Origin: Eledone cirrhosa
Taxonomy: Eukaryota
DNA length: 64,000 nucleotides
Direction: 5' to 3'
Assembly: GCA_964016885.1 (NCBI GenBank)
Contig: OZ024742.1
Location: 172,112,001-172,176,000 of the forward strand
The notes below the pieces were generated by a model that saw only the letters and a list, made by a program, of their open reading frames with translations, was not told where the DNA came from and did no database searches. Shown in pieces: positions 1 to 14,177 of this stretch. The stretch's first letter is position 1, and the number at the start of each line of letters is the position of its first letter. The translations under genes were made by a program, and so were the position numbers.

Positions 1-68
<68 letters not shown>

Positions 69-171
69 TATTTATATATAAGTATATATATATATATATA
101 TATATAAATATATATATATATAAATATATTTATGTATAAGTATATATGTATATATATATATATATATATAT

Positions 172-474
172 GTAGGAGGTGAGTTTTATTGTAGTACAAT
201 AAAGCAATGCAGATGCCGGATAAGAAGCACTCTACAGTTTATAGGACTGGAGTATATATAATATATAATAACGAAAGATTGTTAAAAGAGTTCCATGTAT
301 TTTATTATGCGCATATGTTGATTTAATACTGCACTATCCACAAGTGTTTTTTATTCTTCATATCATGTCTTCCTGTTTTATCTGATGAAAACACATATAT
401 TATTGCATGATGATATTTGCTTTTGAAATGCGCATAATAAAATACATTGAACTCTTTTAACCATCTTTTGTTCC

Positions 475-478
<4 letters not shown>
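172..478 (+). mobile_element. Non-autonomous PLE pseudo-LTR derivative, family A (inverted piece + HHR-bearing pLTR) in (TA)n
   Basis: 271-315 is the reverse complement of ~428-472; 316-478 matches the 3' end of the Penelope fragment at 16014-16172; 172-253 recurs at 6276, 14175, 20588 and reversed at 16705-16787 and ~49405-49458. Confidence 0.75.
374..444 (+). ncRNA. Type I hammerhead ribozyme (family A, palindromic stem III)
   Basis: tgttttat-CTGATGA-stem II-GAAA-TGCGCA-TA|ataaaata; stem I pairs, stem III is self-complementary as in dimeric PLE HHRs. Confidence 0.75.
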
Positions 479-512
<34 letters not shown>

Positions 513-513
513 T

Positions 514-545
<32 letters not shown>

Positions 546-553
546 TATATGTA

Positions 554-661
<108 letters not shown>

Positions 662-730
662 TACATATATATAAATATACATATATATAAATATACATAT
701 ATATATATATATACATATATATAAATATAC

Positions 731-761
<31 letters not shown>

Positions 762-817
762 CTTATATATATATAAATGTATTTATATATAAGTATATAT
801 ATATATATACTTATATA

Positions 818-1659
818 GGTACCTCCGTAAAAACACTTATTAGCTAGACATACCCATTTCAAAGACCCCCCTGCATAGATAAGAAACGTATAACTTGTAA
901 AATAAGCCCCCATATTAACTGTAAAACTAGAAATGTATTGTATAGGATAAGATGTACTGAAGGACAATGTAGAGACAAAAATATAGTGTACATAGGTGAG
1001 ACAGCTCGTAGTGTAGGGGAACGGATAAATGAACACTGGCGAGACCTTCAAGATAATAAAGAATCATCTGTACTCTACCAACATGCTAAAATAGAACATA
1101 AGGGTAAATTAGAGAACATAGAAATAAAAATAGAATCTACACACAAAAAAGACGCATTGTTTAGACAAATCACAGAGGCAATAAACATAAAAGAATTACA
1201 ACCAAAATTAAATAGAAAATATGAGTGGAACAGCAACATCACAACTTACAATTATGGACAAAATGAAAACACACACACACATAGAACAAACGACCAACCG
1301 GTAACATGTAAATAAACAAATAAATAAACGAATATAAACACACACAGACACCCAGATGTGGCGCATGCGCAGACTGAGCACACATCACACACACAGAAAC
1401 AAAATGGCGTAGGACAGAACAAAGCGGAGGCACAAAGACAACGAAAATAATCCCCAGTCACTGAAGAGGACACAGAATGTGTGACGAAAAATTTGACACT
1501 ATATAAACAACTATCTGGTTGTGGAACCAACCAACCAGAAATGTATAAACTTATAAATTCCTAAATTTATAAATTTATTATAATAAATTGAAGTGAAAGC
1601 AACTGGTGGGTGTGTTTCTTATTGGCAACATGACCCTCCCAAAGTATAACAATATAACA

Positions 1660-1660
<1 letters not shown>
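818..1660 (+). mobile_element. Penelope-like element family B, 3' fragment (GIY-YIG endonuclease end + pLTR with degenerate HHR at 1457-1497)
   Basis: ORF 938-1315 [18 protein letters not shown]...RQITEAINI...PKLNRK; homologous to 28887-29710 and 46051-46490. Confidence 0.85.
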
Positions 1661-1723
<63 letters not shown>

Positions 1724-1866
1724 GTTTATTTATATATATATATATATTCATTAGTTAGGCAAAACAAGACCACATATTTCACAAGGAAGACATTATTAAA
1801 AGATTGTCAACATATTTCAGTTTGATGTAAGGAATGTAGAGAATAATAATAATAATAATAATAATA

Positions 1867-3460
1867 GTGTCCGTTTCAATTGTTTCGCTACTGCATATGA
1901 TATTTCTGGATCAGATGACTATATATCATAATTGATCTAGTTAAGTTGAAAATAATTAACATATTTAAAAGACAGAGCGGCTCCTCGGAACTTCAAAGGA
2001 ATATAAAATAAAATAAAGAGATAATGTTACATAATATAATTGTTTCTACTTTAGGCACAAGGCCAGCAATTATCCAGTGCATTACTGGTACTTTATTTTA
2101 TCGACCCCGTAAGGATGAAAGGCAAAGTCAACCTCGGCGGGATTATATAATATAATGTTCCATATATTGGTTTTTACTATGTTGTCTTGGTTGCATCAGT
2201 TGTCAGCCATAATCATATGTCGAGGCTGCATAGTGTGAGATCTGCCCATGGGCAACAAGATGGTTGCCAAAGGGCATATTTACCTTACTAATTAGAGGGT
2301 GGTTTCAGGGGAAGTAACTTTTCGAGAGATTAGTATTTGTGGGTGTTTATATTTAAGTGCTAATTTTAAAATGTTTCTAATTGAGATACAATGTAGGGGA
2401 GGTAACTTATAATTATCGATTTGTTCATAGCAATTTAACTTATTAACTACAAGTCAAAATGGGGCTACATGACTAAGTTGGGTCAACAATTCTATTGGCG
2501 CAGTAATTAGCCCTTCGATGTTGACAGCTAATAGTTACCTCCGTTCTATCGTTAATCGGTAGAGGTCGTGATAGAGTTATGTAATATGCTTCCGTAATAC
2601 AGAGATCACAAGATTGTCTTCATCCATTGAACAGTTGGGCCCTCGCAACGATATCCCATCTTAGTGAGTGTTGAACGTTGTTTAATTTAAGGTTTTTAAT
2701 GATCCTAGCTAGCGATGTCGAACATCTGTTGCTAGGGTCTCGGAAAGAAAAAGAGTGCGCGTTATAGCGTACCTTAAAAGGGTTAGAGATTGACCCGATA
2801 TAAGAGTTGGTATTCGAAGCAGTCTCAACCGTGCACCTATAGACTATTTATGGTGTCAGGCAGTGTCCATTTAATGGGCATGCATTGGGGTAACGGCAGT
2901 TGCAGTTGCTTCTGCGGTTAGTGAGAGTAGGGTTGTTTAACCTAAGCGGTAGGTCCGTGCTAGAAGGAATAGATGGGGGAGGTGTGCTACTAGAGTAATT
3001 ATTGGTGTAGTGGCGTGGTGTATTTGATAGAGGTGGTGGTACCGCGGTGTGGGAGTTATACTGTCTTAGCTTATGATGGTTACTGAACGCGATGTTGCTA
3101 GCTAGGTTAGGTGTTGTGGAGACTGAGATTTTAATGTTATTTTTATTAAAGAGTTTGTAATATCTATGGTTAGGGGGGAGGGAAGTGTTTAGATAGGATA
3201 GAGAAGAAGCGTTTGGGAATATTACTGGCTAGATTAGATGAGAATGGGGTGTTAAGCCAGGTGATATTTCTGGGTCTATTCCTTCTAGGGGTTCTAGTAG
3301 AGTTGGTAGGGGCCTTCCTAGCGTTATTATTACCTGGGGATTTGTTATTTGTCATACCATTTCTCATTCCTATTCTAGGGTTGATTTTTAGTTTGCTACT
3401 TGGAGTGGGGAGCAGGCTGCTGCCAACACCGGCTAAGTCATTAGATGGTTCTCCGATCTA
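1867..3460 (-). mobile_element. Decayed Penelope-like element, 3' half (linker + GIY-YIG + 3' tail)
   Basis: Minus strand encodes NITWLNTPFSSN.., KISVSTTPNL, CNCRYPNACPLNGHCL, YIGSISNPFKVRYNAH; degenerate HHR-like motif at ~1873-1990 (CCGAGGA...GAAA CAATTG). Confidence 0.8.
2041..2146 (-). mobile_element. 5'-truncated SINE 3' fragment with 10-bp TSD
   Basis: Flanked by ataatataat at 2031-2040 and 2147-2156; absent from the duplicate copy (~8173-8182); contains tcgacccc..aggatgaaaggcaaagtc..cctcggcgg, which I recognise from octopus SINEs. Confidence 0.8.
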
Positions 3461-3462
3461 AG

Positions 3463-3820
3463 GTCCAAGCAATCTATGAGGTTCATCCAATTTGACATAG
3501 ACATCTATTACGCGTCAATAACCCCGGAACTGCTCAACAAAACATTAGCCCTAGCCACCACCAACTCGGACATAACCAATAATGAGATTAACATCATACT
3601 TATGGCTAGGCAGACTATCATTAAATTCAAAGGAGCACTCTGGATTAGAAAAGATAGAACAGACAACATTGATATTACGATGGGCTCAAGTGACTCCGCG
3701 CAAATCACCGATTTAGTTGGGATTTACCTATTACGTTACATCAGAGCCGAAATCCAACCCATGCAAGGCGGATTATACAGGGACGACGCCCTATTTGCAA
3801 TCCACAATTGCACTAATACT
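3463..3820 (+). pseudogene. Penelope RT core fragment, inverted relative to the adjacent 3' half
   Basis: ORF 3476: [13 protein letters not shown]...[17 protein letters not shown]...GGLYRDD. Confidence 0.85.
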
Positions 3821-3850
3821 AATATGTATGTATATATATATATGTATATG

Positions 3851-3941
<91 letters not shown>

Positions 3942-4085
3942 GTATATATATATGTATATGTATATGTATATATATATATATGTATATATATATGTATATG
4001 TATATGTATGTATATATATATGTATATGTATATGTATATATATGTATATGTATATGTATATATATATGTATATGTATATGTATGT

Positions 4086-4235
4086 ATCAATAATTGTCAC
4101 AAGTGTAGCGTTTGTACCTACCAGAGTTTTCAAGTCGCTGGCTGGACTAAAAATGCACACTCGTTCAGCGCATCGGTAGGGGTTCTCCTACATATAAAGT
4201 AGTGGCCGTACTCGAAAACGAGTTGGCAGCCACCA
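4086..4235 (+). mobile_element. 3' end of RTE-derived non-autonomous element
   Basis: Matches 13794-13943 and 33817-33964; encodes decayed [13 protein letters not shown] finger. Confidence 0.75.
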
Positions 4236-4246
4236 TATGTATATAT

Positions 4247-5949
4247 GGCAAAGAACTTCTTCGTGACTCACGGGGAATTCTACGAAGGTGGCGAGAGCAC
4301 TTTGATGATCTTTTGAATCAGCCGTCTGTCGTCAGTGAAGATTTCCTCAATCTCATTCCAGAAAGTCCTGTGAAAGTAGCTCTCGCAGAACCTCCGACGC
4401 TTGTGGAGGTTGCAGTGGCTATTTCGAAGCTGAACAGTGGAAGATCTCCAGGTATGGATGGCATACATGCTGAGCTCCTACAATATGGTGGTGAAAGACT
4501 CCTGCAACATCTGCACTCTTTGTTTGGAAGGATATGGGCTAATGAATCCGTACCCGATGACTGGAGAGATGCAGTAATGGTGGTCTTGTACACGGGAAAG
4601 GGTAACAGGAATGATTGTGGGAACTACAGAGGTATATCATTGCTTCCTGTCGTAGGGAAAGTTTTATGTAGGGTGCTTCTGGACCGTCTGCTGACACACA
4701 TTGCAGATTGTGTTCTTCCTGAAAGTCAATCTGGTTTTCGTGTTGGACGCGGCACTACTGATATGATCTTTTCAGCTAGACAGTTCCAGGAGAAGTGCAT
4801 TGAACAAGGCTTGGATCTGTATCAGGTTTTTGTCGATCTGACAAAGGCTTTCGATACTGTCAACAGAGAGGCATTATGGAAGGTTCTCCAGAAACTTGGT
4901 TGCCCTGATAAGGTCCTTGCTTTAGTTAGGTCTTTCCATGACGACATGAAGGCTTGGGTTAATGTCGGAGGTAACATGTCGGAGCCTATCTCAGTAAAAA
5001 ATGGAGTGAAACAGAGGGATATTCCAGCACCGACCCTGTTTGCCAAATACTTTGCAATGGTTTTCTGTATTGCATTCAGGAATTGCGAGTATGGTGTTTA
5101 CATCCGATATCGAACCTCAGGCAGCATATTCAACATCAGGCGCTTTGCTTCGAAGACAAAGGTATTTACATCATTCATAAGACACCTCTTTTATGCAGAT
5201 GATTGCGATCTTGTAGAGCACACAGAGAGGGATATGCAGCACATTTTGAATGCATTTTCTGACGCTTGCACTGCCCTGGGTTTGACTGTCAGTCTCAAGA
5301 AAACCGTCGTCATGTACCAACCTGCCCCTAGTAAGCAGTACACTGAACCAAACATCTATGTGTATGGCAAACGACTTGGAGTGGGGAGTGGTTGATCAGT
5401 TTGTCTACCTGGGAAGCACTGTCAATCGATACGGCAACCTTGACTGTGAAATCTCACTTAGGATTAGGAAAGCAAGTGATGCTTTCGGAAAGCTAGAAAG
5501 GCGATTCTGGGTTCGGCGAGACATATGCAGGAGAACAAAGGTAAAGGTGTACAGGGCATGTGTACTCTCTTGTCTTCTTTATGCCTGCGAGACCTGGGTC
5601 ACATATCGACACCACCTTAAGCAATTGGAGCGTTTCCATCAGATGTGTCTCAGACGGATCCATGGCGTTCACTGGAGGGACCACAACAGTGATGTCGAGA
5701 TTTTGGAAAGCTCTATGTGTGACAGTATAGAAGCTCTTGTGCTTAAGCAACGACTCCGTTGGAGTGGTCACCTTGCCAGGATGCAGGATTCTAGAATACC
5801 AAAACAACTCTTCTATGGAGAGTTGGTTAAAGGAAAACGACCGTCACATAAACCAAAAAAGAGGTATAAGGATTCCTTGAAAGCCTCTCTGAAAGACGCT
5901 AACATCTCTGCTGATACATGGGAAAATATTGCTGCTGATCGTAATAAAT
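4247..5949 (+). mobile_element. RTE-clade LINE, 5'-truncated, cut by assembly gap (duplicate of 10230-11925)
   Basis: SPGMDG, NYRGISLL, QSGFR, FVDLTKAFD, YADD, YLGS; 7-bp duplication near 5387 causes a frameshift. Confidence 0.9.
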
Positions 5950-6149
5950 NNNNNNNNNNNNNNNNNNNNNNNNNNNNNNNNNNNNNNNNNNNNNNNNNNN
6001 NNNNNNNNNNNNNNNNNNNNNNNNNNNNNNNNNNNNNNNNNNNNNNNNNNNNNNNNNNNNNNNNNNNNNNNNNNNNNNNNNNNNNNNNNNNNNNNNNNNN
6101 NNNNNNNNNNNNNNNNNNNNNNNNNNNNNNNNNNNNNNNNNNNNNNNNN
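5950..6149. other. Assembly gap (200 N)
   Basis: Run of n. Confidence 1.
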
Positions 6150-6578
6150 ATATATATATATATATATATATAAATATATTTATATATAAGTATATATATA
6201 TATATATATATATAAATATATATATATATAAATATATTTATGTATAAGTATATATGTATATATATATATATATATGTAGGAGGTGAGTTTTATTGTAGTA
6301 CAATAAAGCAATGCAGATGCCGGATAAGAAGCACTCTACAGTTTATAGGACTGGAGTATATATAATATATAATAACAAAAGATGGTTAAAAGAGTTCCAT
6401 GTATTTTATTATGCGCATATGTTGATTTAATACTGCACTATCCACAAGTGTTTTTTATTCTTCATATCATGTCTTCCTGTTTTATCTGATGAAAACACAT
6501 ATATTATTGCATGTTGATATTTGCTTTTGAAATGCACATAATAAAATACATTGAACTCTTTTAACCATCTTTTGTTCC

Positions 6579-6656
<78 letters not shown>

Positions 6657-6711
6657 ACTTATATATATATATATACTTATATATATATATATATATATAT
6701 ATAAATATATT

Positions 6712-6787
<76 letters not shown>

Positions 6788-7777
6788 TATACATATATAT
6801 AAATATACATATATATAAATATACATATATATATACATATATATAAATATACATATATATATACATATATATATATATACTTATATATATATAAATGTAT
6901 TTATATATAAGTATATATATATATATACTTATATAGGTACCTCCGTAAAAACACTTATTAGCTAGACATACCCTTTTCAAAGACCCCCCTGCATAGATAA
7001 GACACGTATAACCTGTAAAATAAGCCCCCATATTAACTGTAAAACTAGAAATGTAGTGTATAGCATAAGATGTACTGAAGGACAATGTCGAGACAAAAAT
7101 ATAGTGTACATAGGTGAGACAGCTCGTAGTGTAGGGGAACGGATAAATGAACACTGGCGAGACCTTCAAGATAATAAAGAATCATCTGTACTCTACCAAC
7201 ATGCTAAAATAGAACATAAGGGTAAATTAGAGAACATAGAAATAAAAATAGAATCTACACACAAAAAAGACGCATTGTTTAGACAAATCACAGAGGCAAT
7301 AAACATAAAAGAATTACAACCAAAATTAAATAGAAAATATGAGTGGAACAGCAACATCACAACTTACAATTATGGACAAAATGAAAACAAACACACACAT
7401 AGAACAAACGACCAACCGGTAACATGTAAATAAACAAATAAATAAACGAATATAAACACACACAGACACCCAGATGTGGCGCATGCGCAGACTGAGCACA
7501 CATCACACACACAGAAACAAAATGGCGTAGGACAGAACAAAGCGGAGGCACAAAGACAACGAAAATAATCCCCAGTCACTGAAGAGGACACAGAATGTGT
7601 GACGAAAAATTTGACACTATATAAACAACTATCTGGTTGTGGAACCAACCAACCAGAAATGTATAAACTTATAAATTCCTAAATTTATAAATTTATTATA
7701 ATAAATTGAAGTGAAAGCAACTGGTGGGTGTGTTTCTTATTGGCAACATGACCCTCCCAAAGTATAACAATATAACA

Positions 7778-7866
<89 letters not shown>

Positions 7867-9875
7867 TATTTATATATATATATATATATTCATTAGTTAG
7901 GCAGAACAAGACCACATATTTCACAAGGAAGACATTATTAAAAGATTGTCAACATATTTCAGTTTGATGTAAGGAATGTAGAGAATAATAATAATAATAA
8001 TAATAATAGTGTCCGTTTCAATTGTTTCGCTACTCCATATGATATTTCTGGATCAGATGACTATATATCATAATTGATCTAGTTAAGTTGAAAATAATTA
8101 ACATATTTAAAAGACAGAGCGGCTCCTCGGAACTTCAAAGGAATATAAAATAAAATAAAGAGATAATGTTACATAATATAATGTTCCATATATTGGTTTT
8201 TACTATGTTGTCTTGGTTGCATCAGTTGTCAGCCATAATCATATGTCGAGGCTGCATAGTGTGAGATCTGCCCATGGGCAACAAGATGGTTGCCAAAGGG
8301 CATATTTACCTTACTAATTAGAGGGTGGTTTCAGGGGAAGTAACTTTTCGAGAGATTAGTATTTGTGGGTGTTTATATTTAAGTGCTAATTTTAAAATGT
8401 TTCTAATTGAGATACAATGTAGGGGAGGTAACTTATAATTATCGATTTGTTCATAGCAATTTAACTTATTAACTACAAGTCAAAATGGGGCTACATGACT
8501 AAGTTGGGTCAACAATTCTATTGGCGCAGTAATTAGCCCTTCGATGTTGACAGCTAATAGTTACCTCCGTTCTATCGTTAATCGGTAGAGGTCGTGATAG
8601 AGTTATGTAATATGCTTCCGTAATACAGAGATCACAAGATTGTCTTCATCCATTGAACAGTTGGGCCCTCGCAACGATATCCCATCTTAGTGAGTGTTGA
8701 ACGTTGTTTAATTTAAGGTTTTTTAATGATCCTAGCTAGCGATGTCGAACATCTGTTGCTAGGGTCTCGGAAAGAAAAAGAGTGCGCGTTATAGCGTACC
8801 TTAAAAGGGTTAGAGATTGACCCGATATAAGAGTTGGTATTCGAAGCAGTCTCAACCGTGCACCTATAGACTATTTATGGTGTCAGGCAGTGTCCATTTA
8901 ATGGGCATGCATTGGGGTAACGGCAGTTGCAGTTGCTTCTGCGGTTAGTGAGAGTAGGGTTGTTTAACCTAAGCGGTAGGTCCGTGCTAGAAGGATTAGA
9001 TGGGGGAGGTGTGCTACTAGAGTAATTATTGGTGTAGTGGCGTGGTGTATTTGATAGAGGTGGTGGTACCGCGGTGTGGGAGTTATACTGTCTTAGCTTA
9101 TGATGGTTACTGAACGCGATGTTGCTAGCTAGGTTAGGTGTTGTGGAGACTGAGATTTTAATGTTATTTTTATTAAAGAGTTTGTAATATCTATGGTTAG
9201 GGGGGGGGAGTGTTTAGATAGGATAGAGAAGAAGCGTTTGGGAATATTACTGGCTAGATTAGATGAGAATGGGGTGTTAAGCCAGGTGATATTTCTGGGT
9301 CTATTCCTTCTAGGGGTTCTAGTAGAGTTGGTAGGGGCCTTCCTAGCGTTATTATTACCTGGGGATTTGTTATTTGTCATACCATTTCTCATTCCTATTC
9401 TAGGGTTGATTTTTAGTTTGCTACTTGGAGTGGGGAGCAGGCTGCTGCCAACACCGGCCAAGTCATTAGATGGTTCTCCGATCTAAGGTCCAAGCAATCT
9501 ATGAGGTTCATCCAATTTGACATAGACATCTATTACGCGTCAATAACCCCGGAACTGCTCAACAAAACATTAGCCCTAGCCACCACCAACTCGGACATAA
9601 CCAATAATGAGATTAACATCATACTTATGGCTAGGCAGACTATCATTAAATTCAAAGGAGCACTCTGGACTAGAAAAGATAGAACAGACAACATTGATAT
9701 TACGATGGGCTCAAGTGACTCCGCGCAAATCACCGATTTAGTTGGGATTTACCTATTACGTTACATCAGAGCCGAAATCCAACCCATGCAAGGCGGATTA
9801 TACAGGGACGACGCCCTATTTGCAATCCACAATTGCACTAATACTAATATGTATGTATATATATATATGTATATG

Positions 9876-9952
<77 letters not shown>

Positions 9953-11925
9953 ATATATATATATGTATATATATATGTATATGTATATGTATGTATATAT
10001 ATATGTATATGTATATGTATATATATGTATATGTATATGTATATATATATCTATATGTATATGTATGTATCAATAATTGTCACAAGTGTAGCGTTTGTAC
10101 CTACCAGAGTTTTCAAGTCGCTGGCTGGACTAAAAATGCACACTCGTTCAGCGCATCGGTAGGGGTTCTCCTACATATAAAGTAGTGGCCGTACTCGAAA
10201 ACGAGTTGGCAGCCACCATATGTATATATGGCAAAGAACTTCTTCGTGACTCACGGGGAATTCTACGAAGGTGGCGAGAGCAATTTGATGATCTTTTGAA
10301 ACAGCCGTCTGTCGTCAGTGAAGATTTCCTCAATCTCATTCCAGAAAGTCCTGTGAAAGTAGCTCTCGCAGAACCTCCGACGCTTGTGGAGGTTGCAGTG
10401 GCTATTTCGAAGCTGAACAGTGGAAGATCTCCAGGTATGGATGGCATACATGCTGAGCTCCTACAATATGGTGGTGAAAGACTCCTGCAACATCTGCACT
10501 CTTTGTTTGGAAGGATATGGGCTAATGAATCCGTACCTGAGGACTGGAGAGATGCAGTAATGGTGGTCTTGTACACGGGAAAGGGTAACAGGAATGATTG
10601 TGGGAACTACAGAGGTATATCATTGCTTCCTGTCGTAGGGAAAGTTTTATGTAGGGTGCTTCTGGACCGTCTGCTGACACACATTGCAGATTGTGTTCTT
10701 CCTGAAAGTCAATCTGGTTTTCGTGTTGCACGCGGCACTACTGATATGATCTTTTCAGCTAGACAGTTCCAGGAGAAGTGCATTGAACAAGGCTTGGATC
10801 TGTATCAGGTTTTTGTCGATCTGACAAAGGCTTTCGATACTGTCAACAGAGAGGCATTATGGAAGGTTCTCCAGAAACTTGGTTGCCCTGATAAGTTCCT
10901 TGCTTTAGTTAGGTCTTTCCATGACGACATGAAGGCTTGGGTTAATGTCGGAGGTAACATGTCGGAGCCTATCTCAGTAAAAAATGGAGTGAAACAGAGG
11001 GATATTCCAGCACCGACCCTGTTTGCCAAATACTTTGCAATGGTTTTCTGTATTGCATTCAGGAATTGCGAGTATGGTGTTTACATCCGATATCGAACCT
11101 CAGGCAGCATATTCAACATCAGGCGCTTTGCTTCGAAGACAAAGGTATTTACATCATTCATAAGACACCTCTTTTATGCAGATGATTGCGATCTTGTAGA
11201 GCACACAGAGAGGGATATGCAGCACATTTTGAATGCATTTTCTGACGCTTGCACTGCCCTGGGTTTGACTGTCAGTCTCAAGAAAACCGTCGTCATGTAC
11301 CAACCTGCCCCTAGTAAGCAGTACACTGAACCAAACCTCTATGTGTATGGCAAACGACTTGGAGTGGTTGATCAGTTTGTCTACCTGGGAAGCACTGTCA
11401 ATCGATACGGCAACCTTGACTGTGAAATCTCACTTAGGATTAGGAAAGCAAGTGATGCTTTCGGAAAGCTAGAAAGGCGATTCTGGGTTCGGCGAGACAT
11501 ATGCAGGAGGACAAAGGTAAAGGTGTACAGGGCATGTGTACTCTCTTGTCTTCTTTATGCCTGCGAGACCTGGGTCACATATCGACACCACCTTAAGCAA
11601 TTGGAGCGTTTCCATCAGATGTGTCTCAGACGGATCCATGGCGTTCACTGGAGGGACCACAACAGTGATGTCGAGATTTTGGAAAGCTCTATGTGTGACA
11701 GTATAGAAGCTCTTGTGCTTAAGCAACGACTCCGTTGGAGTGGTCACCTTGCCAGGATGCAGGATTCTAGAATACCAAAACAACTCTTCTATGGAGAGTT
11801 GGTTAAAGGAAAACGACCGTCACATAAACCAAAAAAGAGGTATAAGGATTCCTTGAAAGCCTCTCTGAAAGACGCTAACATCTCTGCTGATACATGGGAA
11901 AATATTGCTGCTGATCGTAATAAAT
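6150..11925 (+). repeat. Near-identical direct duplicate of ~1-5949
   Basis: Same order of family A, family B, inverted PLE, RTE tail and RTE; differs by SNPs, TA lengths and the 2041-2146 SINE. Confidence 0.95.
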
Positions 11926-12356
11926 GGAGAAAGACTGTATATGAGGGAAAAGTTGCCTTTGAGGCATCTCGAATCGCACACGAGAAAGTAAAGCGGGACG
12001 TGAGGAAGGGCATTGCTGTTGCACTTCCAGACGGCGAGGGTCCTCCTATGGTTCTGACATGCAGCGTCTGTGCGAGACTCTGCCTAAGCAAAGCTGGACT
12101 CGAAAGTCATCTTCGCAGTCATAAAGTAAGACCAGCGGTTGACTACCAGGCTGCTGTTGGAGATGCTACTCATCATGCTTGCCAAACATGTGGTAGAGAA
12201 TGTAAATCAGCAGGAGGGCTCAAGCGACATGCAAAAGTACACGAACTCCAACCACAGCCGACTATTCCCAGTGAATGTTTTGGTTGCCGACTCTGTGCAA
12301 GACATTGTAGATCATTGGCTGGGCTAAAAAGCCACATTCGATCGCAGCACTGTTAG
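10230..12356 (+). pseudogene. RTE reverse transcriptase with three C-terminal C2H2 zinc fingers (open frame, no native start)
   Basis: FVDLTKAFD, GVKQRD (QG motif altered), YADD, RLRWSGHLARM; CSVC..H...H, CQTC..H...H, CRLC..H....H. Confidence 0.88.
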
Positions 12357-12362
12357 TTGTTA

Positions 12363-12416
<54 letters not shown>

Positions 12417-12545
12417 GCATATGTGCGTGCGTTTGTGTGTATATATATATGAATATGTATATTATTATTGTTGTTGTCGTTATTATTATTATTGCTATTA
12501 TTATTATTATTATTATTATTATTGTTATTAATGTATGTGTGTGTG

Positions 12546-12598
<53 letters not shown>

Positions 12599-12624
12599 AT
12601 ATATATATTTTTTTTATTTTTATT

Positions 12625-12657
<33 letters not shown>

Positions 12658-12751
12658 TTATTTTATTTTATTTTTACTTTTATATTTTTTATTATTTTTT
12701 TTTTCTTCTCGTGCAATGGCCATACTCGATAATGAGGGGGCAGGCATCATA
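10230..12751 (+). mobile_element. RTE-clade LINE, 5'-truncated (no APE domain), with microsatellite-filled 3' UTR
   Basis: RT ORF to 12356; (TG)n/(ATT)n UTR; terminal tggccatactcgataatgagggggcaggcatcat resembles the end of the RTE derivatives (tggccgtactcgaaaacgagttggcagccacca). Confidence 0.9.
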
Positions 12752-12791
12752 TGTTTGTATATATATATATATGTATATATATATATGTGTG

Positions 12792-12860
<69 letters not shown>

Positions 12861-12861
12861 G

Positions 12862-13083
12862 AGGAACGATCGACTTTTTTGTCAAATCGGACCGAGGGAA
12901 CAATGTTTCCGTTGGTCTTTCCAATTGCTAATACTATCTATCGGTCGCAACTCCAGGTAGAAGGAGCAACGTGAAATAAAGTGTCTTGCTCAAGGACATA
13001 ACGTATCGCCTGGTCCAGGAATCGAACTCACAACCTTACAATTGCGAATACAATTCTCTAACCACTCAGCCACACGCCTTCAC
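12862..13083 (-). mobile_element. tRNA-derived SINE
   Basis: Minus strand has A box tggctgagtgg and B box gagttcgattcc, then gtccttgagcaagacacttt; second copy at 57492-57704 (+). Confidence 0.85.
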
Positions 13084-13084
13084 C

Positions 13085-13118
<34 letters not shown>

Positions 13119-13334
13119 ATATATATATGTAGGTATATATATATATATGTATGTATATATATATGTATATATATATATATATGTATATATATGTATGTAT
13201 ATATATATACGTATATATTTATGTATATATATATGTATGTATGTATGTATATATATATATATGTATATGTGTCAGGTCACCAGTTGTATATATATATGTA
13301 TGTATGTATGTATATATATATATATGTATATGTG

Positions 13335-13943
13335 TCAGGTCACCAGTTGGTGCTACTGGTAACATGTATCCCAGTACAACCTGTCTCATGGTCGGGTCGT
13401 TGGCGACTAAACTGGCAACCCCACCAACGTTTCTTGATGAAGAGGGTGGCTTTGGACATCCTGCTGGACTAAAAACAAAACCTGTCAAAAGGCAAAGGGG
13501 CTCTTAAGAGTCAATAGCCATCCAAAATCACCGGGATAGATGACCCCTTAGCCTTTGTCAAGGCAGAATTCTAGGAGAAGGAAAACTCTGATATAACACC
13601 TGCAACCCTGATGGTATCCAATGATGTTGAATTGTTCTTCTTTTTGGTAAATATCATCTTGGTTAAGAGAGTGGGACTGGCTTTGTGCAGTGCCTTTGCG
13701 CACTATAAAAGCTTCACAGCACAGGCATTGCTTTATATCTGGAGATCTCTCTGCACTTGTCGTCACATGGTACCTTGGGCCCAGCACTATGTGTCAATAA
13801 TTGTCACAAGTGTAGTGTTTGTACCAGAGTTTTTCAAGTCGCTGGCTGGACTAAAAAGTCACACTCGTTCACTGCATTGGTAGGGGTTCTCCTACATGGA
13901 TATAAAGTAGTGGCCGTACTCGAAAACGAGTTGGCAGCCACCA
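13335..13943 (+). mobile_element. Non-autonomous RTE-derived element (~610 bp; probable 5' UTR joined to zinc-finger 3' end)
   Basis: Full-length homolog at 33358-33964; 3' part [26 protein letters not shown] matches the RTE C-terminal finger. Confidence 0.75.
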
Positions 13944-13977
13944 TATATGTATATATATGTATGTATATGTATGTATG

Positions 13978-14097
<120 letters not shown>

Positions 14098-14139
14098 TAT
14101 ATATTTATATGTATGTATATGTATGTATATATATATATG

Positions 14140-14177
<38 letters not shown>

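Noticed and set aside
10185-10229. N-terminus [15 protein letters not shown] of the 723-aa ORF
   Set aside because: Derived from the adjacent RTE-derivative tail and TA; GTG start; the LINE is 5'-truncated.
12990-13083. tRNA-like sequence (also 57492-57570)
   Set aside because: SINE head with decayed cloverleaf, continuing into SINE body.
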